DNA of 64,000 nucleotides from positions 1 to 64,000 of the forward strand of contig CAUYUJ010000161.1 in assembly GCA_963575745.1 (NCBI GenBank), in the 5' to 3' direction. The translations under genes were made by a program, and so were the position numbers. The stretch comes from Prorocentrum cordatum (taxonomy: Eukaryota). Under the pieces are notes generated by a model. It was not told the DNA's origin. It saw only the letters and a list, made by a program, of their open reading frames with translations, and did no database searches. Below, piece after piece: positions 33,450 to 46,554 of this stretch. Numbering within the stretch: position 1 is the stretch's first letter; each line of letters opens with the position of its first letter.

Positions 33450-34450
33450 TGGGGTGGAAGGGGGAGGCGGAGGAGGTGGAGGAGGAGGAGGAGGGGGAGG
33501 AGGGGGAGGAGGGACCCTGAGATCCGACGTTGCGAAAAAAAATACCACATCGCCAAATATCACGGCCAGAACCGGATCGATCCATGAGGGCCCCAGGGCC
33601 CGAAACCTGGCGAGCACGCCCGCTGTGAAAACACTGCAGCGCCAGGATCTGAGGGGAGGAGGAAGAGGAGGAGGAGGAGGACGAGGAGGAGGAGGAGAGG
33701 AGGAGGAGGAGGAGGAGGAGGAGGAGGAGGAGGAGGAGGAGGAGGAGGAGGAGGAGGAGGAGGGAGGAGGAGGAGGAGGAGGAGGAGGAGGGAGGAGGAG
33801 GAGGAGGAGGAGGAGGAGGAGGAGGAGGAGGAGGAGGAGGAGGAGGAGGAGGGAGGAGGAGGAGGAGGGGAGGAGGGGGAGTGGAAGGGGGGATTGTGAG
33901 GATTGGGCGAGGCCGGGAGCCCCCGCGGCCCCCGCGCCCCGCGTGGCCCGCCCCGCGCGCGCCCGGGCAGGCCACCGGCACCTGACCGCACGCGCCCCTG
34001 CCGGCGGCGTCGCAGGCCCGCGCCGCGCATCCCGCGCGCGCGCCGCCTGCCCGGACCTCGAGCGAGGAGCGGATCGCGATGGGAGGTGTCCCTCCTCCCT
34101 CCTCCTCTCCTCCTCCTCCTCTCCCCTCCCTCCTCCTCCTCCTCCTCCTCCTTGCTGGTTTCTGAGTCCCTCCCTCCTCCTCCTCCTCCCTCCTCCTCCT
34201 CCTTGCTGGTCTCTGGGGGCCCCTTCGCAGGCTTCGGGGCTGTCAGCAAAGTGGCTCGGAGCGAAGAGCCGGGCCGGGGGGCGGGGGCCGAGACTTTTGG
34301 GGGCCGACGCTGTGCAAGATCAGGGGGGAAGAGAACACGCAGACACAGTGAATCCTCCTCCTCCTCCTCCTCCTCCTCCTCCGCCTCCTCCTCCTCCTCC
34401 TCCGCCTCCTCCTCCTCCTCCTCCTCCTCCTCCTCCTCCTCCTGCTCCTC
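33450..34450. repeat. (GGA)n and (CCT)n tracts
   Basis: Direct reading. Similar tracts lie at 27065-27800, 28210-28520, 35270-35450, 44435-44655 and 46145-46440. Confidence 0.9.
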
Positions 34451-34785
34451 CGGATCCCCAGAGAAGATGGGAAAATAGGGGGAGGGGGGAAGGCGGCAGC
34501 CCAGAACACATGGGAAGATGTGGGCAATCCTGCTACCTGTGTCTATGTGCATTTCGCGAGGAGCACGGCGTCGGGGCTCTGTGTCGGCGGCGCGAAGCTG
34601 GGGCCCTGGGCCTCGGGGCCCCCCTGGGGAGAGCGCTCCTCGCCCAGGCTCGAAGCGGCACCTCCCCCTCCGTTTAGGCCGTGGCTCGAAGCAGTCTCGC
34701 AACCTTCTCGCGGCCTCGCGGCAGGCTCGAACCTTCTCTCGCAAGCAGTGGCGAAGCGCCCTGGCTCGCGCATGGCCCTGCCATT

Positions 34786-34942
34786 AAGTCGGGCCCGTCC
34801 CTCTACAGGAGGAATATTCAAAAATAGTCCACGCATAGTCTGGGGATTATTTTTTGAGTATGTTGTTTGTCATTTTCGGGTATGTTTTAGGTATGTTTTA
34901 TTTTTCGTCGAAAATCCCCCTGCAGGGGGACACGCCCGACTT
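34786..34942. mobile_element. MITE-like element, 157 bp, with ~24-bp imperfect TIRs and an AT-rich core
   Basis: AAGTCGGGCCCGTCCCTCTACAGG versus the reverse complement of the right end, AAGTCGGGCGTGTCCCCCTGCAGG; the element is absent from the paralogous segment at 5428-5668. Confidence 0.75.
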
Positions 34943-35578
34943 GGGCCCTACCAAACAATGTTCTGAGAACTTGTTTTTGGTTTCCGCGAGATGTTCGTAG
35001 AACGTTTCTGGCGGAGCCTGTCTTGATTTATCACATCGGGTTTCTACTCTAAGAGCATTGCTTTTGTTCTTAGAACATTCGGGGGTTCTAGAAACATTTC
35101 GTGGCAGGACTATAGGAATGCCGGGACGGTCGGTCCCTGCTGAATTCTCTGGGATCTCTCTCCCCGCTTCCCCCCAGGTAAGGGGCGCTCGCCCGGGGGC
35201 AGCTCGCTGCGGGGGTTCCCTAGGTCGCCATGGGGGAAGCGGGTGGAAATGAGTCCTGAGGGAAATGGGTCCTGAGGAGGAGGAGGAGGAGGAGGAGGAG
35301 GAGGAGGGGGAGGAGGAGGAGGAGAGGAGGAGGAGGAGGAGGAGGAGAGGAGAGGAGGGAGGAGGAGGGAGGAGGGGAAGGGGAGGAGGAGGAGGGGAGG
35401 AGGAGGAGGAGGAGGAGGAGGAGGAGGAGGAGGAGGAGGAGGAGGAGGAGGTTCTCCGCCGTTTTGGGGGGCTTCCACGGGCCCTCCACGGTCCCCAGGA
35501 CTGAGAGTCGGCTCGGTAAGAAGAGCTCGTCCTGGGGGAGGGCCCCAGGGTGCAGGACGCGCAGATGGGGGCAGGGTT

Positions 35579-35907
35579 AAGTCCGGCCTGTCCCTCTACA
35601 TTCGGAGGTGGACAGACCTCCTACCCTGACACGTCGATTAAGGAATTGGCCGTGTTCGGTTCGCGAGAGGGCGTCGCGGCCGTCATTTTTGCGGGTCCAG
35701 GTCCGTCGGTTTCAGTCCCAGGCCGTTTTCATTAAGGGGATGTTTATTGAAGGGAGGTTTGTCCACCGCCGATACAGGAGGAATGCTGAAAAATAATTAC
35801 AAAATAGTTTGGGAGAAATGTTTGACTGTTTGGACTATGTTTGAATATTGTTCGACTGTTTTCAAGTTTTCGTCCAGAATCCACATGTAGGGGGACAGGC
35901 CCGAGCT
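35579..35907. mobile_element. MITE-like element, ~330 bp, same TIR family as 34786-34942
   Basis: Left end GGCCTGTCCCTCTACAT, right end ATGTAGGGGGACAGGCC. Confidence 0.7.
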
Positions 35908-37514
35908 AAGGGTAGGGGGAGGGGAGAAGACCATTTAGAAGCATCCCTGCTTCTTAGAAGGCGCAGGCCTTGTCTTGTAGGGCTGGCGCCTTTTAAGAAG
36001 CAGCCTCCTGCTAAGGAGCCTTCTCCCCTCCCCCGACCCTTTTGTGCGCGCCGCCAGCCCCAGGGTGGGAAGGGATCTAAGATATCCAAGGATGCGGTCC
36101 TCAGAACAGGGTCCTGAGTGATGGGGTCCTGGGGGATGGGGTCTTGAGGGATGGGGTCCTGATGGATGGGATCCCAAGGGCAGGCCCGTCTTTCGCGGAC
36201 AGGGCGGGCATACAGCCATACAGCAAACCTATCGAACCGCATGTTGAAAACCATTATACGGAGGCGGGGTCGAAGAGGCAGAGGAGGAATGAACCATACG
36301 CAAGCGGGATGGAAGCGCAAGAGGAGTCTCTGGGTAGTTGTTACGGTTCGGACGATATGTTGAGGATAGTGATCTTGCTACTATTCGAAGAACGAACGAG
36401 GAGGACTATGATTTGGAGTGGGAGCACGGACACATCGAACTGGACGAAGAGGACGATCAGAACACAGAGGACGAGGAGGAGGGAAAGGGAAATGGAGCAT
36501 GGAGGTGGGAGGAGAAAAAGGAAGACGGGACAGATCATTGCGAACATGTCTAAATTTAGTGGGATCGTTGCCGTTCTGGTCCATGGAGGCGATTCCTTCC
36601 TGGCCGCTTCGCTCTACATGCGGGCAATACATACTTTCGATGCATGCGTTGGTTGGATGAACAGATAGCATGACCCTGGACTCCGACTTCAAGCAATCCC
36701 AATTCGAAACGGGCGATGCGAGCAGTGGCGCATGTGGGCAACTCTCGAGCGGACTCAGTGATGCTCTGACGACCTTCGCAGCATTTATCCTGTATCTAGG
36801 CCCAGGTCTCACAGTGGCCTTCTATGTTGTTACGGTCGGCTACTACGAAAATATATCGAGAACGCCTGCGGCGACATCACAAGCCGCTCCACAAGAAGGC
36901 GCCACTATGCGTTCCTGGCGGCAGGTATGACAGAGTGTAGGTCGTCTTTGCCGGAGCTTCTGGGGCAGGACGTCGTATGTTCTACGCTTCGAGCGTTTTT
37001 TTTTCCCGAAAGGGTTCGGGCCCAGGGTTCTCCTGCATTATTGTTTACCCGTCGAGTTGAAGGCCAGCGGAATTCCGTTTTTGAGAAGAAATAAGGTAAA
37101 GTCACATTCGGCGTGGAAGAAATACGTTTCGCGCGTGCCCGCACGAGGAAAATGTGTCCTGTATCTCGGATCCTCGAGGAATAATGAGGTCCGCAGACAC
37201 ACATTCTCCCTCGCACAGAAAAACAACAGAGTGCGGAGCGCTTTTCAAGAATCCGCCATGAAACACGAGGTCTGGAGGCTTTGATTTGTTTGTCGACTCG
37301 TTTTAAAGATTGCGTGCCTGCTCATGGATGGCGCCCTGCGCGCAGAATATCTGAGGATACGTCGCACCCCGCAGTTGCGGGTAAGAGTGTGGGGGCGGCG
37401 AGGACGTCGTCAGTCTGCCAGGCTCTGAAAAATCACGCCGCAGGCGCCTAACTTTTTACAAATTATGCAGTGAGCCCGCCACAGGCGCCGACTTGTTCGT
37501 TAAAGCAATGTGGG

Positions 37515-37911
37515 CGGATCGCGGGGTGGGTCGCGGGTGGGTCGCGGGCGGGTCGCGGGCCGGGTCGCAGGCCGGGTCGCGGATGGGTCGCGTATGGGTC
37601 GTGGGTGGGTGGGTGGGTCGCGGGGTGGGTCGCGGGGTGGGTCGCGGGGTGGATCGCGGGGTGGGTCGGTGGGTCGCTGGGTGGGTCGCGGGGTGGGTCG
37701 CGGGGTGGGTCGCGAGGTGGGTCGCGGGGGGGTCGCAGGGTGGGTCGCGGGTGGATCGCGGGCGGGTCACGGGGTGAGTCGCGGGTTGGTCGCGGGTGGG
37801 TCGCGGGCTGGGTCGCGGACTGGGTCGCGGGCTGGGTCGCGGGTTGGGTCGCGGGGTGGGTCGCAGGGTGGGTCGCGGGTTGGTCGCGGGCGGGTCGCAG
37901 GGGGGACGACG

Positions 37912-37948
<37 letters not shown>
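37515..37948. repeat. 12-bp G-rich tandem repeat (GGGTGGGTCGCG)n followed by (AAC)n
   Basis: Direct reading. Confidence 0.95.
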
Positions 37949-37949
<1 letters not shown>

Positions 37950-38544
37950 CAGTTTAAGATTGTTCGCTCTTATCGGCTCGCGTGTCATTCAATATGCATA
38001 TCCCAAACCCTGGATACCCGCCCTCTTCGTCTTCGATCGCCCGGGAATGGAGTTTTGGGAACTCGAAGAACACGAAGTGGCCTACAGTTGGCTCCGGGCA
38101 TTCAAAATCATGCCCAGGAATGGAGTTCTGGGACCTCGAAGACCACGAAGTGTGTAACTGTTTGCTAAAAAAAGTCCCCGACATCCTCCCCCGGATCGCG
38201 CCCAGACCCCCCTGGGGCGTCATGATGCTTTCTTTTGACCCTATTAGAAATCTATCAGTCTTCGCTGTTAGGTAAAAAACAGGGTTGAAATGCCCCGGGA
38301 AGGGCATTTCAATCGGAAAAAAACAAAGTGCACCGGACGGGGGGGATCAACAATCAGTATTTCTGAGCAGCGAGAGACAGCTCCACAAGCAGACTCACCA
38401 CCACGGATCCCCACTTCAGCCACGCACCTAGGGACAATGAATGACCGCTCGGCCCCCTCACTCTGATCTCTGAACTTCAGCGGCCTGGGCGCCCCAGGAT
38501 GCCCAGGTAGGTGGTTCTGGGAACCCGAACACACAATTGAATTC

Positions 38545-38945
38545 ACTAGGGAACGTGGCCCTGGGAGCGTGAAACAACAGCTTAATTCACGAGGGAGCGC
38601 GGCCCTCGGAACGCGGACGCAACGTAGTTTTCGAGGGATCGTGGCCAAGGGAGAGCGGACGCAGCTCAATTTACAATGGATCCTGGCTTCGGGGGGCGGA
38701 CGCAGCGTAATTTACTAGGGAACAGGGCCCTGGGAGCGAAGACGCAACGTAATTCACTTGGGAGCGCGGCCCTGGGAGCGCGGGCGCAGCGTAGTTTACG
38801 AGGGGTCGTGGCCCTGGGAGCGCGGACGCAATGTAATTTACCAGGGATCATGGCCCTGGGAGCGCGGACGCAGCGTAATGAACGATGGATCGTGGCTTTG
38901 GGGGCCCGGACGCAGTGTGATTTACGAAGCATCCTGGCCTTGGGT
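38545..38945. repeat. ~42-bp minisatellite, ~10 copies (GGCCCTGGGAGCGCGGACGCARCGTAATTTAC..)
   Basis: Units start near 38557, 38601, 38643, 38685, 38727, 38768, 38810, 38852, 38894 and 38936. Confidence 0.9.
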
Positions 38946-40019
38946 CAGGGACGTCCCGTGGCACGGTCCCTGACGCGTTGCCTGGCACGTCCCTTGGCGC
39001 GTCGCTTGGCACGTTCCCTGGCACGTTCCGTGGCGCGTCCCGTGGCGAGTCCCCCTGGCACGTCGCGTGGCGCGTCCCCTGGCACGTCCCGTGGCTCCGT
39101 AGCGCGTCCCCTTGGCACGTCCCTCGGTGAGTAGCACGTCCCCCCTGGCGCGTCCGTTGGGACGATCCGCGGCGCGTCCCCCTGGCGCGTCCCCCTGGCA
39201 TCGCTTAGTGGCATATGCAGAATTGAGGTCCTTCGAAACCGTTCCATGCCTCGCGGTTCTCAATTCCTTTCCAGGTTCGTGGGTCGATCATGTCTGTTGT
39301 TTCTGTATTTTGGGCTTGGCAAGTTGATAATATCGAATAGTGGTAGGGACCATCTGAGAAATCCGAAGGTTTGTCGAGTATGTCAGTATGCCGGCATTGG
39401 TCGCGAGCGCGTAATTGACAATTGTGTCAGGGGCGGTCTTGGGGAAGTCGTCTCGCTTATTGGGAGGCTGTCGGGAGTCTATTTGTGGCGTGGGGCCATG
39501 TTGAAGTTTCGTGAGATATCGTGGGGAGAATGTTTGAACTCAAGGCGTGAGCCAGTCTCCGACGGGCCACTTGGAGCTTTCTGCTTGCCTCTCCGGAGCA
39601 AATTGGGAGGCCTATGGGCAGAGGTCTTCGAGTCGTCTAGGGGTGTCTTGGCATCGCGCAGTTTGGTTTTCTAGCTTCAACAGCTGTTCCCGGAAAGGGC
39701 GCCCAGGGATTTCTTCTAGTTGGTAAATTGTGCCCAGTGCCAAGTTCGAAGAGGGGTTGCGGATTAATGTGCGATAAATAACAAGGTCGACGAGGGCCAC
39801 CAGATCAAATTTTGAGGAAGTCGCGCAAAACGCTGTTTTTTTTTATCCGATGGAAAAACATTGGGTGAAGTGCACATGTTCGTTTGTTGCGGATGTCTTG
39901 AGCGAAACGCTTGTTTTGAAGAGTTTGTTGAAGATGTCTCGAGCGAAACGAAACGCTTGTTTTGTCATATACTTTGCTCCTATCATGGGGATCAGAACTC
40001 AGAGGATGTCTCAGTCGAA

Positions 40020-41580
40020 GCGGTTGTTTTCACGTGCCCAGGCCGCCCAGGGGGGCCTCTGACATGGTTGTCCCCAGTAAGATGGTGGTCCCGAGCTTGA
40101 ACCACGTGTTCTTACGTGTCCAGGCCACCCAGTGGACTATCTGACATGGTGGCCCCGAGAATGGAGCCACGTGTTTCCACATGCCCAGGAGGAGGAGGAG
40201 GAGGGAGGAGGAGGGAGGAGGGAGGAGGAGTAGGAGGAGGGAGGAGGAGGAGGAGGAGGAGGAGGAGGAGGAGGAGGAGGAGGAGGAGGAGGAAGGGTCC
40301 TGGTGCAGGCAGGAACTCTGGCTCAGCGCCTTCTAGCATGTGGCCGTCTGGGAGCCCCCAGCGTGGGGGCCCACAGGAGCCAGACGAAGTGGCAGCATCG
40401 GCATCGGACGTGTAAAATCACTTGACGCAGCTCCTTCGGCGGTTTATGTTCCATATTTCCCCTTGGGTCTCTAACATGGTTGCCCCGAGCTGGAACTGTG
40501 TATTTTCACGTGTCCAGGCCACCCAGAAAGGTATCTATCGTGGTAGTCCCGAATCAGAACTCCGTTTTCACGTGCCCAGGCCACCCAGAGGTGTGTCTAA
40601 CATGGTGACCCCGAGCTGGAACCACGTGGTTTCACGTGTCCAGGCCACCCAGGGTGATATCTAACATGGTGCTCCCGAGCTGGAATCACGTGTTTTCACG
40701 TGTCCAGGCCACCCATGGGGATATTTGACACGGTAGTCCCGAGCTTGAACCACGTGTTCTTACGTGTCCAGGCCGCCCGCCGGGGTATCTGACATGGTGG
40801 CCCCGAGTTGGAACCGCGTGGTTTCACGTGTCCAGGCCACCCAGAAGGGTGTCTGACACGGTGGCCCCGAGCTGGAACCACTTGTGTTAACATGCCAAGG
40901 CCACCAAGTGAGTATCTGACCAAGGGCGCCCTCGAGGGCGCGAAGTTCTTCGCGCTTCGCGGTACGGCTCCGATTCCTCCTCCTCCTCTTCTCCCTTGGG
41001 AGGCGGCGCGAGAGCGCGAAGTTATTCGCGCTTTGCGCAGCGCGAAGCGCGAAGTTGGGAGCCCTTGGTGAGCATCTGACATGGTTGGCCCGAGATGGAG
41101 CCACGCGGTTCTGCGTGTGCGGGCCACCCCAACGGGGGGGGGGTATCTAACACGTGGTCGTAGGGGCGCCCGCAGCGCGGGGGTCCACAGGAGCCAGTCA
41201 GAACCAACTCCAGGTCTCTCAATATGCGTGGGGGGGGGGGGATCGCGCGGGGGGGTGGGAAATCGCTGTCCTTCGGGTGGCGTGGGGAGGCTGGGGAGCG
41301 AGAGGGGGTGGGTTTGGGGCGCGTGGGGGGGCGGGCAAGGGGCGTCGGACAGGTTAGCACAGGGGGGGGGGCTTTTTGAAGGATGTGTAGGATACGTCTA
41401 CATCAGATGTGCAATCACTTGACACATCTTCTTCGCCTGGTGATTATCCATGGTGACTGTCCATGCTTTCCATTGGGGTATCTGGCATGTTCGTCCCGAG
41501 CTGGAACCACGTGCTTTCACGTTCCCGGGCCACCCAGGTGGATATTTCAACATGGTGACCCCGAGCTGGAACCACGGTCG
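40020..41580. repeat. Interrupted array of the same ~63-bp minisatellite as 32045-32400
   Basis: Recurrent cacgtgtccaggccaccc...tatctaacatgg...cccgagctggaacc. Confidence 0.85.
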
Positions 41581-44048
41581 CGGTCGTCGTCGTCGTCCGC
41601 TGTAGTCGTCGCCGTCGGCGTTTCGGCCCGCATTTTGTCAGTTTATTTCGCCTCGGTCTGGACTCGCCATTATCATTCCGATTTGTTGTGGAATACGTTA
41701 TGTTCATAAGGTCTCGATTGCAATCAGTTCTGGGCGAGCAATGCGCCCAGGCCGTTCGAGCTTGAGGCCCAGCACAGGTCTGTCAGGACTCGAATATCAG
41801 GGAAGATTTGATCCACGACGCAACAGGGCACAGAAGTGTTCAGATTCGCACCCTTTCGGTTCGTCCCGCTTCCGAAATTACTCGGATCTTGAGCTCGAGC
41901 TGGTCGAGCGCCCCGCGCGTTTCGATTGCGGCCGGTTCTGAATTATGCGTTCAGGCAGTTCGAGCTTAAATTCCAGATCAGTTCGAGTGGGGTTCTGACG
42001 CCACGTACGACTTGATCCACAATACAATCGAGCACAGCACTTCAACGTGGCATGGCGCCTCTCGGTTCATCACAGCACAACCCCTGACACTGTACATCAC
42101 AATCGCTACCTTGAGCATTGCAATTGCCCGTCGCAAAAAGTTGGTGCCTTGAACAGCTTCCATGCTGCACATTTCTAGATCCCTTTCCCGGTTTGTGGGT
42201 CGATCATGTTTGCAATAGGTTTGGGTCCTCGGAACATTCCAGGTTCAGGCTTGAGCTTTGGCCCTTTCAAGGCGGCCTTAGTTGGGCTGATTTCGGCTGT
42301 CTTGATTGAAGCATCTTCGGGGGCCTCCTGGACCAACTGGAAATTATGCGGAGCGGCATGGTGGTCGTCCCGAGGTCTCCCGGAGGAAATGCGATTCGAA
42401 GTTGAGTGTTTACGATGAGTTGTTGGCCAATTGGGAGCTTCTGGAAGCCTTTGAGCTGTCTTCTGCTATCGTGAAGCGTCTTGGGTCGGTCGTAGGCTGT
42501 CCAGGGGACATGCTGTTGGGGCGGTCAGGGGCCGTCTTAGGGCGGCATTTTGCTGGCATGGGCCCTCCTTGGGGATCTCGAGCTCGGCACAGAGGGATTG
42601 TGGAAGCCATCTTGGACAGAGATGTGCGTTGTTTTGGCCGCTGGAGTTCCCCTGGGGGACCTCTTGGCAGCCTACAGGGGGACATACTGGCAATACTCGA
42701 GCAGTCTTGAGGCCTCTTGGGAACGTTGTGGGGAGTTGGAGGCCGTCCTGGGGACCATCGTGGAGCGTCTTGGGCCAGCAGGAGCAGTCCAGGGCAGCAC
42801 GTGAGCCGCCTTGCAGGGAAACCGGCACGAATTCAGCGCGACCCCCATCAGACACGTCGGTCTTGATGACAGGCACCGAGGAATATTGCCAGCAAGCTGC
42901 AGGCAAGTTGGAAAGAGGTGGCCTCGCCAAGGGCCCAACTCTGTGCAGCTGCGTGCCTCGTCAAGGGCGTGCCCCTCGTCGTCCTGCACACCCTGCACGC
43001 CGAGCTCCCCGTGAGGCAGCGATCTGCGCGAGCGGCGTGCCGCAAGGAGCGGAGGTCACCGTGCGCAGTCGCCCACTGCGGCTGCAAGTGGGGGCCCTGG
43101 GGCAGCGCCCCTTGCGAAGGTGTGCCGAGCTGGAGGGATGCCCGCATGCGCAACAGCACACACACACACACACTTGCCCTGGGTAGATGCAACCTGAAGT
43201 CAAGCCAGCTTTAAATTCTAGTCAGCTGCGACACAAGCTGAAGGCGAGCGAAACGTAACCGAAAAATAATAATGCCAGTATCAGGCCACAGTGTTGAACG
43301 AGGGCTGCAGGGGGGGAGCTTAAAGGAACTGTGGGTTCGTTTTCAAGGAAGCAGACGTGGGGAAAGCATTACCGCCAGATCTCGTGCACATAACAAGTTA
43401 GGACGTCGAAGTCGAAGTCTGCTGGGACGAGCTCAAGAAACATAGCAGGGAAAGTTCCAATGGTTCTCCGAATTGAGCTGATGGGATCGCGTTTGAATTA
43501 GCGCTTGCACTGAAGGATTCCTCGAGGAAGTCGTAAGGTTTTGGTGGATGCATGCTGCAGATTTCTGAACGCGGCACGGTTCCTGGTTATTGGATTCCCG
43601 CATTTGAGTCTTGGGCTTTTGGGGTACCTGGTTGCGGCCAGGTTCCCACGGGCTCTAGAGAACAGGCAGGCTCTACAGCACATCGGCTAAATATGAGGTT
43701 CAGCCTGGTCTGGTGTGGCGTGTGCCTTACACTTTCTATTCAGAGCGTGGACCCCGAACAGTAGGTTTTTGTACGGTGCATGTGTAAGCTATGTGGGGCA
43801 AGCTCCGTGGTGTAAGTTATGTGGTGTTGTGTTGTCGCACGTTTTTTGGTGTAAGCTGCCTGGTGCCATATTTGCTGTGAAAACAGTATGTGGTGCAGGC
43901 CACCCGGTGAACGCTATGTGGTGTAAGCTATGTCGCGTAGGTGTCAGCTCTGTCGTGAAAGCCGTGTCGCGCCAGCAGTGCTTTTGCAAGCTGTGCGGTG
44001 CCGTGCCGGTGGTGTAGATGTGTGGCGTAGGCTGTGTGGTGCAGATAA

Positions 44049-44231
44049 CCCAGAGATCCGATGTCGTGATTTTTTCAGTACGCGGTCCCCGGAAGTCTCG
44101 ACCCATTCCCCAGGACCAGTTTTTCATCCTGAGTCGTTTTTGGACGGTCCCGAGGCCCGGCGAGGGCCCCTGGGGGCAGAAAGTTGCGCAAAACCTCCGA
44201 CTTGATTTTTTCAATACGTTGGACCTCTGGG
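44049..44231. mobile_element. Second (inverted) copy of the CCCAGAGATCC-TIR MITE
   Basis: Reverse complement of 4357-4542; TIRs CCCAGAGATCC / GGACCTCTGGG; it interrupts a degenerate tgtggtgtaagc repeat. Confidence 0.75.
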
Positions 44232-46554
44232 CATGCGGTGCAAGCTGTGTGGTGAAGGCTGTGGGGTGCAGGCTGCGCGGCCGCCCAGCTCGCGAGGCGC
44301 CCCCGGGCGGGCGCCGGGCGAGACCGCGGCCGACACGCCCAGCGCACGAGGCGCCCTCGGGGCGCCCGCGGGCGGGCGCCGGGCGAAGTTTCCGCCGACC
44401 TGCCCCGCCTGCGAAGCGCCCACGGGCGGGCACCAAGGGAGGAGGAGGGAGGAGGAGGAGGAGGAGGAGGAGGTGGTGGAGGAGGAGGAGGAGGTGGTGG
44501 AGGAGGAGGACGAGGAGGAAGAAGACGAAGAGGAGGAGGACGAGGAGGAGGAGGAGGAGGAGGACGAGGAGGAGGAGGAGGAGGAGGAGGAGGACGAGGA
44601 GGAGGAGGAGGAGGACGAGGAGGAGGAGGACGAGTAGGAGGAGGAGGACGAGGAGGTCGGCTGAGCGCGGCGCCCACGCGGCGCCCTCCGGCGGGCACCG
44701 GGCGAAACCTCCGCGGACCTTCCCAGCGCGAGAGACGCCCATGAGGTACCCTCTTATGGGCCGCTTCGGGGCTCTCTGGCGGATTCGGGGCCCGGGGCGC
44801 CATGGCCCCCCCGGCAAGAGTGCATTGTCGATTCCATTTAACGGGTACAGGAACCACTATAGAGTGCCAGAGACCATCTTGATTAATGGCTCCCCCCTGA
44901 TCGTGAAGCGTCCTCCCGCCAGGGGCATCGGCAGAATTTAGAGCGCTTGCGGCGACGTCACTGGACGCTCTCCAACAGTTGTCAGGTGTGTCGGAATTTG
45001 AACAACATGGACGCATAATGCAAATGGTTCAGAGATGTCTTTAATATGTTTGTGTATGACATGTGTGACTTGAAGTGCCATACTTGTGGCATCTTGCGCT
45101 GGAGCCGTTATCACATTGCTTAATCGTGTTTAGCATAAGTAGGTTTAAGCTTCGGGGCATGATGGTGCGCATTGTTAGCGAGTTGCATCAAAGGGCGTGG
45201 TATGGTCAGGATATTGGCTCTGGTGTGATCGGGTGCTCATGAGGAAGGTGCGGCCAGGAAAAATATGATTTAGGTTCGGATACGCATTGGGGTTGATGTG
45301 GTTGGGCTTTTTGTTGAAGAAAAGTGATCGCGCTAGGGGTGATGTGTGCATTATGATGACCATCAGGTTCATGGTCTGCATTATGATGAGGGTGGTGTTG
45401 CACTCGGCAGGATCATATGTGTGGGTAGTCAAACGGATCGACGAAGGGTTCAGGCAACCCTTGAGTCGCAAATTAGGGTTCCAATTCAGGATCGGGTTTA
45501 AGATAGAGCGGTGCTTACGGTTTCGATCGCGATGTGGTTTGCAAGTTATGGGTTTTCTTGTGCGTCTCGGAACAATCAGGTGGACCCCCCCATAGCGTAC
45601 ATATCCTGTTGTATTGTTTGATATTTGCCACCGGGGCCATCGGCTTGCTTTTGTAGAGCACTCCGTCTATAATCATGAGTGTGGTTGTCTCTCGAGGCTG
45701 AAGGACCAGGAAACAGCTTGCCGTGAGCAGCGTAGATTGAGGTGTGTTGATCACATCTATGGGCCTTCGGATGATTCAAGGATCCTGTAGGGAAGGAAAT
45801 CTATTCGCCAGTGAGATTTTTAACCGGAAATTCAAAAAATATGATTTTCTATTGTTTATTCAGATTTTACATTGTTTATTTGGTTTTTCATTGGAAATTC
45901 ATTGTTTAAAATTTATTCCATTTATTAATTAATAATTTGAATTTATGTGTTTTTTTGTTGCTTGTTTTTGTTCAAAGTATCTGGGTTTATGAGTGTATCG
46001 GGCCCCTCTCCCCCTCCCTCCTCCCATCCTTGCGGCCGCTCTCCGCAGGTCAATTCCGGCGCATCTCTCGCACGCTCCGTGGCCCCATAATGAGGGAGCT
46101 CCGGTGAAGGTCCCAGTGGCAGTGGCAGGGTCCACCAGCGCCCAGGGAAGGAGGAGGGGGAGGAGGAGGAGGAGGAGAAGAGGAGAAGGAGGAGGACGAG
46201 GAGGAGGAGTAGGAGGGGGGGGGGGAGGGGGGGGGGGAGGAGGGGGGGAGGAGGAGGAGGAGGAGGAGGAGGAGGAGGGAGGAGGAGGAGGAGGAGGAGG
46301 AGGAGGAGGAGGGAGGGAGGAGGAGGAGGAGGAGGAGGAGGAGGAGGAGGAGGGGAGGAGGAGGAGGAGGAGGAGGCGGAGGAGGAGGAGGAGGGGGAAC
46401 AGGGGGGGGGGGGGGAGGAAGACGAGGGAGGGAAGAAGGAAGAGGCGTCATGCATGCGTTCTCGCTCCTTGCTGCTGCGTTGGTTCGAGCAGCGAGCACG
46501 TGTTGCCGCGCTGCGCGTTCGCAGCTCCCGTTGCCGCTGCCCCTGGCAGACGCC

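Noticed and set aside
32560..34744. 705-aa and 394-aa ORFs
   Set aside because: They run through CCAAGA repeats and GGA/CCT tracts and show no domain motifs.
36144..37284. Short ORFs with an acidic stretch and a hydrophobic segment
   Set aside because: Possibly a decayed gene or retroelement tail, but no recognisable motif and multiple stops.
45000..45990. AT-richer island as an organellar or viral insert
   Set aside because: No recognisable gene or RNA motif in any frame.
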